Source: a virus
Taxonomy: Duplodnaviria > Caudoviricetes
IMG/VR virus record: IMGVR_UViG_3300038499_000016
Span: 32,001 to 96,000 of that record
Strand: one strand, 5' to 3'
DNA length: 64,000 nucleotides
Positions 10,527 through 18,954 of the stretch are shown in pieces. The notes under the pieces are model-generated. The model saw only the letters and a program-made list of their open reading frames with translations. It did not search any database and was not told where the DNA came from. A program made the position numbers and the translations under genes. The first letter of the stretch is position 1; each line of letters opens with the position of its first letter.

Positions 10527-11486
10527 TTAAATAAATTCCCATTTTTTATCATATGTTCCTGTCTTTCCTGTGAGGGCGTGATTAACTGCCTCCACAATAA
10601 TATCTGCCTTATCTGTTATCGACCAAATACTGGGATTTAAACAGTTATATGTTTCAGCTCTTTGCATACCTTGTTTATACAAAAAATTAGTCTCAACATA
10701 AGGAGCTGAACCGTTTGCCCTGATACCATATCCCGGAACCACCATCACATAAGGTTTATTATACCCCATAGATAAAGTAAAACTACCACTCCAGCCGTGG
10801 ACTCCTGCTCGACACTGAGAGACTAAAGCAAAAAATTTACCCAATGCAGTACCTGACTCATCGTTAAAACAATTATAATCCTCCCACAATAACCGAACTC
10901 CTGCATCTTCCATTCTTTTTAGATCATCTATTGGAAGAAATTTCCTTCCTCCATAAACGACAATGACCCCCTCTAATTTTTTAGAGCATTCTATAACTAA
11001 ATCAAAATTCATGTTTCTAGATTCTTCCTTTACATCACTAGATAAAGGATGAATTAAAATAGAATTCATCATTTTTAAGTTTTCAATATATTTGAATTCT
11101 TTTTCAGTGAAATACCATTCAGGTTTTGTTAAAGGGGGAATCTCGACCCCTTTAATAATCTGACTTACACCGGCACCTTGAAAAAGATGCACATTATCCA
11201 TGTCTTTTGTCGCTTCAATAACCTCTTTAACACCTCCACAGGTAGAATTGGGAATCAAAATATAATCATAAAAAGAATTCTCAATTACACCTCTAATCTT
11301 TTTTGACGCCTCCATAGCCATTTCAACAAAGATTTTTCCTACATACGGATTAGCATGAAAAGGATTCCCTGTATACTTCATTAAAAACATATCTACTTCA
11401 TAACCCTTCTCAACAAATAGACGTGGCCAAGAGGTCGTCCATGAACTATCTCCAAAACCACAACAAGCAATGAGTAATATTTTCAT
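10527..11486 (-). CDS. Putative GT9-like glycosyltransferase
   Basis: GFGD, NPYV, ILIHP, GWSG..LSMGYNKP; GAGGTG RBS before ATG 11486. Confidence 0.55.
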   Translation of the reverse strand: MKILLIACCGFGDSSWTTSWPRLFVEKGYEVDMFLMKYTGNPFHANPYVGKIFVEMAMEASKKIRGVIENSFYDYILIPNSTCGGVKEVIEATKDMDNVHLFQGAGVSQIIKGVEIPPLTKPEWYFTEKEFKYIENLKMMNSILIHPLSSDVKEESRNMNFDLVIECSKKLEGVIVVYGGRKFLPIDDLKRMEDAGVRLLWEDYNCFNDESGTALGKFFALVSQCRAGVHGWSGSFTLSMGYNKPYVMVVPGYGIRANGSAPYVETNFLYKQGMQRAETYNCLNPSIWSITDKADIIVEAVNHALTGKTGTYDKKWEFI

Positions 11487-11566
11487 AATCACCTCTTTCA
11501 TACTTTAAGAAAAGAAAAATTGGATGTGACGTCTGCTGACCACAGGTCTCCAAGCTACCAACTACA

Positions 11567-12292
11567 TTACGTCAGCCACTTGTGGTAGAAAACACTCACA
11601 CTGTCGGTCATATAACCGGCCCGTTGATATGTCCTCAGGGCCGCAATGTTGTGTCCCTGAGTTACAATTTTAACCACAGAAAATCCCATAGAAGCAGCCT
11701 GTTGCTCAACTGACTGGATGAGGGCACTTCCTATGCCCTTGCCCTGCTCACTTTCCGAGACACCGAGCAGATCAATGAATCCTACCCGTTCTTTCGTTTT
11801 CAAGGTGGCAAACCCAACAGGCCGGTCATCCCTCAAGTATGTTAGGAAATGTTGGCAGTATCCCTCATAGAAAGACTTTCTGAACCACTCTCTGTATAAC
11901 TCCTGACTCTTGGCATATCCGAAATGTGGGTCGAGCGAGAATCTACTCTTCCTTGATAACAAATCAACAATAGGAATCAGATCCACAAAATAATGCTCAA
12001 ACGGTTTGTAACATATTCGATTGTTTTGCACTTGTGGCTTAACAGGGTCAATTGGCTTGGAAAGCGTTGTCTTGAAATCAACAAGTAAGAACTGATTGGA
12101 GGAACAGTACTCCAGAAGTTTTAACTGGCTGAAAGATATCTCGACATACAAACATTCAATATGACTCATCCGAGCTTGCTCCAGTGCCTTGTCAAGGTCT
12201 TGCAATCCTACCTGTTCTTCTGAGACTACCAGCCGCCCGATACTGTGACCTAAAAAATCGGTGTCCCACGGAAGTGCCACAATGTTCCCCAT
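11567..12292 (-). CDS. GNAT N-acetyltransferase, WecD-like (NDP-amino-sugar acetyltransferase)
   Basis: LPWDTDF, SRFSLDPHF, QGKGIG acetyl-CoA motif, TQGHNIAALRTY. Confidence 0.85.
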   Translation of the reverse strand: MGNIVALPWDTDFLGHSIGRLVVSEEQVGLQDLDKALEQARMSHIECLYVEISFSQLKLLEYCSSNQFLLVDFKTTLSKPIDPVKPQVQNNRICYKPFEHYFVDLIPIVDLLSRKSRFSLDPHFGYAKSQELYREWFRKSFYEGYCQHFLTYLRDDRPVGFATLKTKERVGFIDLLGVSESEQGKGIGSALIQSVEQQAASMGFSVVKIVTQGHNIAALRTYQRAGYMTDSVSVFYHKWLT

Positions 12293-12436
12293 GTGTTCCC
12301 TCACACATCCTTCCAGCAAATGATAATACTACGCACACGCATTTATGTTAAATGTTCTTATTGAATTAGAGCTTATTGACACACTACCCGAATCCTGTGG
12401 AGAGTTACGCCTGAGGCATGCCGGTTGAATGCCTCA

Positions 12437-13084
12437 TTAACGATTAGCTCCTGTAAAAAACTTATATTGTGACAAATCTGTATACGGGTCCGGTTCTAAA
12501 AGATTAAAATCAGACAACCATTGCATTAATACCAACCCCCGAGAAGCCTGCTCAGGAGTCATGTAACAATTCCAGCCGGGCATTACCAAAGTATCGTCCT
12601 GTAAGGGCTTTTCATGTCTTCCATCAAATCGAGCCGCACGGAACCATTCAACACTTTCTTTATCATTAGTAAGTATTGCACCTCCTCTTCCAATGGGAAC
12701 AGACTTTTTTGCATGAAAACTCAGACATATGTATACATATGCTTGTTTCGACTCATTTTTAATTTCCATAAACATATTTCTAGATAAGTACTTGGCAGAA
12801 TCGATAATCCCCGTAGGATTCAATTCATACCATCCCTTTTCCTGCCAACACATTTCTTTACAGAATTTTATTCTACCTCCGGCATGCACAATTGCTGAGG
12901 CCACGCTTGGATATGTTATGGAAGGAATTTCTACCTCAGGGAGGACTCTTACACGTAATGGAGGATAATTGCAGCAGAGAACCAAAGCATTGCTACAACT
13001 ATCTACGGTTACAACATGAGGTGCCCCTGTATATTCCGCAATATATCTTTCAAACTCCCGTACACTGCCATATGCATCCATCAT
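12437..13084 (-). CDS. Short DegT-family PLP aminotransferase
   Basis: VDSCSNAL, IDSA, SFHAKKSVPIGRGGAILT. Confidence 0.8.
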   Translation of the reverse strand: MMDAYGSVREFERYIAEYTGAPHVVTVDSCSNALVLCCNYPPLRVRVLPEVEIPSITYPSVASAIVHAGGRIKFCKEMCWQEKGWYELNPTGIIDSAKYLSRNMFMEIKNESKQAYVYICLSFHAKKSVPIGRGGAILTNDKESVEWFRAARFDGRHEKPLQDDTLVMPGWNCYMTPEQASRGLVLMQWLSDFNLLEPDPYTDLSQYKFFTGANR

Positions 13085-13380
13085 AACACCCTTGTTTTTA
13101 TTTCATCCCAACCATATTTTTTTAGCTCAGCCCAATCGTGTTCTTCTATTTTTTCCCAATCATATTTCTTTTCTCTTATAATTGAAATGAGAGTTTCGTT
13201 TAGTTCGTTCCATGAATCGTGCCTTATTTCATTGTTTTTTCTCGTCAAAAAATCTGCTTGTGTAATTCTTTTAAAATCTGGATTTTCTAAAGAAAATTCA
13301 TCCATTTTGAAATGCTCTTCCTTACACATTTCAAAACACGCCCTGATAAGCTCACACACTATTTCTGACACTCTTCTCAT
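13081..13380 (-). CDS. Hypothetical protein
   Basis: ATGA overlap with the downstream gene, operon context. Confidence 0.6.
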   Translation of the reverse strand: MRRVSEIVCELIRACFEMCKEEHFKMDEFSLENPDFKRITQADFLTRKNNEIRHDSWNELNETLISIIREKKYDWEKIEEHDWAELKKYGWDEIKTRVL

Positions 13381-13396
13381 ATTATGTTACAGCTCT

Positions 13397-13702
13397 TCAT
13401 TTTAATGTTTCGAAAGTTCTTACGTCTTCTCTGAATTTATAGTCATTTTTCTCAACAATTATTTTTAGTTTAGCATCGAGAGCGTTACACAAAGAGTGCC
13501 TTTCTTCATTTGCTAATCGAGCTTTTTCCATAATTTTACTAATTTTTTCTTCATCCGGATTGTCTTTAGACTGTTCTGCGTGTTTGTCCCAATCAAATTT
13601 AGTCAGCTTAATACAGGCAGAGATAAGTCGATCCAATAAATAAGCAAATGAATCATTATCCGCTATTAATTCAAGCATGTTGATATAATCTTTATTATCC
13701 AT
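13397..13702 (-). CDS. Hypothetical helical protein
   Basis: AGGAG RBS; LLDRLI..IKL...NEER..L...LD pattern. Confidence 0.65.
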   Translation of the reverse strand: MDNKDYINMLELIADNDSFAYLLDRLISACIKLTKFDWDKHAEQSKDNPDEEKISKIMEKARLANEERHSLCNALDAKLKIIVEKNDYKFREDVRTFETLK

Positions 13703-14300
13703 TCCAGCATACTCCTATATAAGTCCACACAGCTTTATAGTTACCAATAGTGATTATTTCATCGGTCTGAGAGAATATCACAGGTCTTTCAAAAAAGACA
13801 CCTAAGAGATCTACAAAATCTTCATATGTATACTCATGCAAATGAACTTCAGCCCTACCCCTGGATAATTCTTCTTTAGGTAACTTTTTGGGTGTCGAAA
13901 TAAATAACAATCCTTTAGGCTTAAGACATTTCTTAAGATTTTCTAAAGCTAGGATTCCCTCTTCTTTACTAACATGCTCTATCGTTTCATAACAAACAAT
14001 TACGTCATACTGTCCTTTGACAGTAAGAATATTACCTTGTTGAAAGTCCCTATTTTCACCCCCATAATTTTTAGTTGCGTAATCTACCGTATCATGATTA
14101 ATATCCACACCTGTAACACTTTTACAAAAATCACTTAACATTCTGGCACCATAGCCTGTGCCACAAGCTATGTCTAGCACACTATCGGTTGATTTGAGAA
14201 ACCCCTTAACGAATTTATATCTAACTAAATGATATATTATATGAGGAAGATGCCCAGCCCCATTAAGAATATCAATACCATGAGACGGCGCTGTTATCAT
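13695..14300 (-). CDS. Class I SAM-dependent methyltransferase
   Basis: HLVRY, VLDIACGTGYG, ETIEHV, ISTP; start moved to ATG 14300 after AGGAGAAGGA. Confidence 0.9.
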   Translation of the reverse strand: MITAPSHGIDILNGAGHLPHIIYHLVRYKFVKGFLKSTDSVLDIACGTGYGARMLSDFCKSVTGVDINHDTVDYATKNYGGENRDFQQGNILTVKGQYDVIVCYETIEHVSKEEGILALENLKKCLKPKGLLFISTPKKLPKEELSRGRAEVHLHEYTYEDFVDLLGVFFERPVIFSQTDEIITIGNYKAVWTYIGVCWNG

Positions 14301-14325
14301 ATTCCTTCTCCTAATTATTTCAAAC

Positions 14326-15009
14326 TCATAATTTAATCCATACAATAGAAGTTTGAGGAACTGCATTAATTTCAAGTTTTCTTTCATTAGCCCATTTGAT
14401 AATTTCTGAACATTCCTTAAACCCAGAATAATTCTGTCCACTGAAATGTCTAGCAGTAACTCTAGGATAGTTGGGATCAATCTGAGTCACGACATAAGAA
14501 TCAGAAGTCACCGAGACATCATGAAATACAAGAACCGGATTATGTAACAAAGAAACCCACTCGTTTAAAAATTTAGCGGAAAAAGAATAGATGGCCGGAT
14601 CATGTATATCATAAAAAATAAAATATCTTGAATCGTCCACAATCACTGTCTTAGGATCGATGAGTTTAAAATCACTGCAAATAGTTTTAATATCCCCCAT
14701 ATTGATATCATACTGTAAAAGAAGTTCTTTTTGAATAACTGGCGTAGCATTATTCCAATGTTGATGAGAAATATCTATTGTTGTAAGTCTATTCACTTTT
14801 CTGTTCAAACTTTTTAAGCCATAGGCAAGGGATAAAGTAGAAGCACCAAAATTAGTCCCTATATCGATGACAAAATCTGGATCTGTTTCCACACACAAAT
14901 CGTACAGAAACTTACACGAAACATGATTTTGATTAGGATATCTTGGTTGATTGTATGTTTTATTGAAATGTTCCGTAAAATTCTGGATCAGGGCCTCAAA
15001 AAAATCCAT
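14326..15009 (-). CDS. SAM-dependent methyltransferase (Methyltransf_24-like)
   Basis: VIDIGTNFGAST, TID, VFHD. Confidence 0.7.
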   Translation of the reverse strand: MDFFEALIQNFTEHFNKTYNQPRYPNQNHVSCKFLYDLCVETDPDFVIDIGTNFGASTLSLAYGLKSLNRKVNRLTTIDISHQHWNNATPVIQKELLLQYDINMGDIKTICSDFKLIDPKTVIVDDSRYFIFYDIHDPAIYSFSAKFLNEWVSLLHNPVLVFHDVSVTSDSYVVTQIDPNYPRVTARHFSGQNYSGFKECSEIIKWANERKLEINAVPQTSIVWIKL

Positions 15010-15024
15010 GGCATCTCCTATACA

Positions 15025-15654
15025 TTAGATTTTTATAAGCATCAGGATTCGCGGATCATCAACTCCAAATATTCTTGTCAAAGTCTTCTTATAGTTTGGA
15101 CTACCTACAAACGCCATCTCTACCATCTCCTCAGGAGACCATTGAGTATACGTCCCATCTTCTTCTAAGACCAATTTTCGAGCATCAGAAGAATACTCAG
15201 AACAAAATCGATCAAATTTTCTATCCTGAATTAGATTCATAAGATCTCTGAATGGAAGCGGAAACCCATCTCTATGCACATAGTGCGCAGCAAAATAGGG
15301 ATCCATAAAGAACTCAATACCGTCATACTCAACTATAATTCCAATGTGCGTCAACCCGTAAAACGAAACACCGTAATTGTACGGCCTCGTCCTAATTCCA
15401 TACCAATACATAAGTAAGTCAAAAAAAGTTGCATTAAGACCGCACCAACCTCCCGCCTTATATTGCTTAAAATCCCAATAAAGATTAAGAACATTGTTGG
15501 TATGAAAATTCATACGAAGATCAGTTGGTTCCTTAAACCAGGGCACTGTCGAAAAAACAAAATCCCGTACTTTCAAGATATCCTGAAACGTTCGTATTTC
15601 AGGAACATCCTGCAGCTCAGGAATCAACTTAGGCAGGTCATTAACAAGCGGCAT
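15025..15654 (-). CDS. Arylamine N-acetyltransferase/transglutaminase-like protein
   Basis: GGWCGLNA...THIGII...FMDPYF gives a candidate Cys-His-Asp triad. Confidence 0.55.
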   Translation of the reverse strand: MPLVNDLPKLIPELQDVPEIRTFQDILKVRDFVFSTVPWFKEPTDLRMNFHTNNVLNLYWDFKQYKAGGWCGLNATFFDLLMYWYGIRTRPYNYGVSFYGLTHIGIIVEYDGIEFFMDPYFAAHYVHRDGFPLPFRDLMNLIQDRKFDRFCSEYSSDARKLVLEEDGTYTQWSPEEMVEMAFVGSPNYKKTLTRIFGVDDPRILMLIKI

Positions 15655-15698
15655 CTTTCCTCACCTGTTGTTCGATCCAGTTGTAGAGCGACTCACGA

Positions 15699-16709
15699 TC
15701 AATTCGTCCAAGCATAGTCCTCTTTGCCCTCCCGAACCTGCTGCTCTATCCAAGCATAGGCCTTCACAAGACCCTTCCTCAAAGGATAGTCCGGAGCCCA
15801 CCCAAGTTTCTCCTTGATAAGCCTGTTGTCGGACGTCCTCCCCCGCACACCCAAAGGTCCAGAAACATGCTTAATGCGTATGCCTGGCTTCCCAGCGATA
15901 TCCTTAACCATTTCTACCAATTGATTGATGGACACCATCTCATCAGACCCTATATTAAGAGGCCCCATGAAATCAGAATCCATAAACTTTCTAATACCAT
16001 CGAGACACTCGCTGATATACAAAAATGAACGGGTCTGATTACCATCCCCCCAAACCTCTATCTCCCCACCATCAGAAGCCTGAGCTACCTTCCGACACAT
16101 GGCCGCAGGAGACTTCTCACGACCATTACCCCAGGCACCCTCTGTTCCAAAAACATTATGAAAACGAGCAATCCTGATATCTAATCCACGATTCCGATGG
16201 CAGGCCTGATAGACGCGCTCACTCATGATCTTCTCAAAACCATAGTCACTGTCTGGGTATGCCGGATACGCCGAATCTTCCGCTGTCGTAGGATTATCAA
16301 CAGATTCCTGCTTCAACTGATTGTATACGCAGGCTGAGCTACTAAAAAACAACTTCCCCACCTTAGTCCTACAAGCCATTTCTGAGGCATTGATATTCAA
16401 CAGCAGGGAATCATGAACAATCTTTGAATCATTGTCCCCCACAAAGATCACGCCCGCGCCTCCCATCCAGGCACTGAGCTGATAAACCTCATCAAAAGGC
16501 TTACCACTCAATCCACGAAACACAGACCTACAAACATCAAAATCCCTGAGATCCCCTATCACATAATCATCTACCTCATTCTTAAAAGTATCACTGTAGG
16601 GAAACTCCTTAATATCCACCGTCCTTACCCAAAATCCCATACACTTAAGATCCCGGGCAAGATGATGCCCTATAAAACCATGCCCACCAAGTACCAATGC
16701 CGTTTTCAT
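15699..16709 (-). CDS. GDP-mannose 3,5-epimerase-like NDP-sugar epimerase
   Basis: GGHGFIG, MGGAG, SSACVY, YGFEK, GREKSPAAMCRK, WGDGNQTRSF, GVRGR. Confidence 0.88.
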   Translation of the reverse strand: MKTALVLGGHGFIGHHLARDLKCMGFWVRTVDIKEFPYSDTFKNEVDDYVIGDLRDFDVCRSVFRGLSGKPFDEVYQLSAWMGGAGVIFVGDNDSKIVHDSLLLNINASEMACRTKVGKLFFSSSACVYNQLKQESVDNPTTAEDSAYPAYPDSDYGFEKIMSERVYQACHRNRGLDIRIARFHNVFGTEGAWGNGREKSPAAMCRKVAQASDGGEIEVWGDGNQTRSFLYISECLDGIRKFMDSDFMGPLNIGSDEMVSINQLVEMVKDIAGKPGIRIKHVSGPLGVRGRTSDNRLIKEKLGWAPDYPLRKGLVKAYAWIEQQVREGKEDYAWTN

Positions 16710-16722
16710 AACAAACGCTCCT

Positions 16723-17532
16723 TTACTCCAACCATATGATTCCATTCCGATTTATTTCCTGAACCCCTCCCAAACCCCAATCCGACCCATTCTTGGTATA
16801 CCCACTCGTTTTGAAATTCCAACGAATATCCCCGCAGTCAGTCCGCTTAAACCCATTTGACCATGACGAAGCATGCCGCCAATGAGTAAAACACCCCAAA
16901 TTCACAACAGGCATCCTCAACAAATCCGCCATGATGTACACCATAAACGCATCCTTATGAAGCTTCTGATCTGGAAATGCCTCACAATATCCAGTAGTCT
17001 CAAACCACGTACCCCTGTCAGCGAGCAGGAAATCACCGGAAGCATTCATGTATCCCTTATTCTCTTCTATCTTGTATTTAGCATCCAAAGGGAACGCCAC
17101 ACGCAAATAATCCGACTTAATATCTATTCGATTGGCACGATACACCGTCCGCTTAGAAAGCTCTCCCTTCAGCTTACTTACCAGTTCCGGATCAAAAATC
17201 ACATCCGAATTAGTGCAAAGTACGAACTCTCCTAAACACCTGCGAATAGCCGCATTCTTGGCTGCCCACTCCCCAAACATCTCCGGCGTTGAACAATACT
17301 TGCATTGAAACTTAGGATGAATAACATAGTACTTCACCCTACCACCAAAAATGTTTCTCAAAAAATCACAAGTCAGGGGCTTATCCAGAATAGGGTTCCA
17401 CTCTACGAAAATGAGCTCCGAATAAGGCATACTCTCAATATGCCGAGCCAGGCTTATCGCTAACCGCTCATTGAAATCACCATCATAGTTGTCATTCCGA
17501 CCAGTAGTTATGATGGATAGACTGAATCCCAT
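16723..17532 (-). CDS. GT-A fold glycosyltransferase-like protein
   Basis: GRNDNY, VEWN, AKNAAIRR, TNSDV, ASGDF. Confidence 0.7.
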   Translation of the reverse strand: MGFSLSIITTGRNDNYDGDFNERLAISLARHIESMPYSELIFVEWNPILDKPLTCDFLRNIFGGRVKYYVIHPKFQCKYCSTPEMFGEWAAKNAAIRRCLGEFVLCTNSDVIFDPELVSKLKGELSKRTVYRANRIDIKSDYLRVAFPLDAKYKIEENKGYMNASGDFLLADRGTWFETTGYCEAFPDQKLHKDAFMVYIMADLLRMPVVNLGCFTHWRHASSWSNGFKRTDCGDIRWNFKTSGYTKNGSDWGLGGVQEINRNGIIWLE

Positions 17533-17582
17533 GAATTTTTCCAGTGTTGCTGCTGTTGCCGAAAATACATAAAGAAAAAGAG

Positions 17583-17598
17583 TATCAGTAGATTATTA
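17583..17598 (-). promoter_or_regulatory. Putative late-promoter motif copy (TAATAATCTACTGATA) facing the leftward glycan operon
   Basis: Variant of the motif at 47921 and 53182; 50 nt before ATG 17532. Confidence 0.65.
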
Positions 17599-17612
17599 GG
17601 TATGGGACGGCC

Positions 17613-17628
17613 TAATAATCTCTTGATA
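17613..17628 (+). promoter_or_regulatory. Putative late-promoter motif copy (TAATAATCTCTTGATA) facing the + strand cassette
   Basis: 15/16 match to the head-gene motif; 39 nt before ATG 17668. Confidence 0.7.
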
Positions 17629-17667
17629 CTTCCTATAAGGAATACGCAAACACCAAAAAGCAGAAGC

Positions 17668-18954
17668 ATGACAATGCACAAAGATCTACTAAATCCCACT
17701 TACGTAGCCTGGAAAGCCTTCCTGAAGGATACTGATACCTGGTCCTTAGAACAGATCCAAACCTATCAACTCTCAGAACTCCAAAGAATCATTGCCCACG
17801 CCTATACCCACACTACAGGATACCGAAACCTCTACAACACCCCTCCAGATATCAAATCCCTAGAAGACCTCCAATCCTTACCCACCATAGATAAAGAAAC
17901 CCTCAGAGACAATCTTGAAGCATTCTCAATCGATATGCCCAATAGGTCCTACGTCACCACCGGTGGCAGTACAGGCATTCCTCTAGGCCTATACCGAGAC
18001 TCAGAAGCCTTTCCCAAAGAACTAGCATCAAAAGCCCACCAATATCACCGCATAGGATGGAAGGAAGAAGATCCTCAACTAGTCTTCCGCGGACTACCAA
18101 TAGATACACCAGACCACACGACCTTTGTCCCAGAGTTCAATGAGCTACGATGCTCATCTTACCACCTCACCCCGGAATGGATGGAAGTCTTCAGGAAAAA
18201 AGCCTGGGAATACAAACCCAAATGGATCCGATGCTACCCATCCAGTGGTTATCTCTTCGCCCGATGGCTTGAAGATTCCGACAGACCCTTCCCCAAAATA
18301 GAAGGCATCCTATGTGCCTCTGAGAACCTCTACGACTTCCAAAGGGACCTTCTAAGACGGGTATTCAATGCCAGGGTGTTCTCGCACTACGGACACTATG
18401 AACTGGCCGTACTGGCAGGCTTCTGCGAGCATACAGACTTCTATCACGTTCTCCCACAGTATGGCTACGCGGAACTCCTATATCCCGACGGAAAACCGGT
18501 CACAGAACCCGGACAAATGGGTGAAATCGTAGGCACGTCCTTTATCACGTATGCCACACCCATCATCCGATATCATACCCGGGATTACGCCATATTGAAA
18601 GACTGGTCCTGTCCGGACTGCGGTAGACCTTATCAGATATGGAAAAGGGTAGAAGGAAGACTTCAGGAGTTTATAATAACGGGTACCGGCCGATACATCT
18701 CAATGACCGCAATAAACTTTCACGATGATATCTTCGATCAAGTCTTCCAGTTCCAGTTTCATCAGAATGCCCAAGGTATCGTAACCTTCCGATACATCCC
18801 CAGGGAAGGATTCAACGAAGCAGATATACGACAAAGATTAATGGTCAAACTCGGATCAGATACCCAACTTTTCTTCCAACCGGTAACGGAAATACCTCCT
18901 ACCAGTCGTGGAAAACACAGATTCCTCATTCAGGAGTTATCCATTGGCCTATAA
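17668..18954 (+). CDS. Phenylacetate-CoA ligase (PaaK/CapK)-like adenylate-forming enzyme
   Basis: TTGGSTG, YPS, YGHYE, PIIRY, EGR, GKHR; ATG 17602 lies upstream of the promoter motif, so 17668 or 17674 is preferred. Confidence 0.88.
   Translation: MTMHKDLLNPTYVAWKAFLKDTDTWSLEQIQTYQLSELQRIIAHAYTHTTGYRNLYNTPPDIKSLEDLQSLPTIDKETLRDNLEAFSIDMPNRSYVTTGGSTGIPLGLYRDSEAFPKELASKAHQYHRIGWKEEDPQLVFRGLPIDTPDHTTFVPEFNELRCSSYHLTPEWMEVFRKKAWEYKPKWIRCYPSSGYLFARWLEDSDRPFPKIEGILCASENLYDFQRDLLRRVFNARVFSHYGHYELAVLAGFCEHTDFYHVLPQYGYAELLYPDGKPVTEPGQMGEIVGTSFITYATPIIRYHTRDYAILKDWSCPDCGRPYQIWKRVEGRLQEFIITGTGRYISMTAINFHDDIFDQVFQFQFHQNAQGIVTFRYIPREGFNEADIRQRLMVKLGSDTQLFFQPVTEIPPTSRGKHRFLIQELSIGL

Noticed and set aside
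11550-11562. 13-mer CCAAGCTACCAAC shared with about 45297-45309
   Set aside because: Both copies are intergenic, but a single 13-bp match is within chance for 64 kb and the flanks do not align
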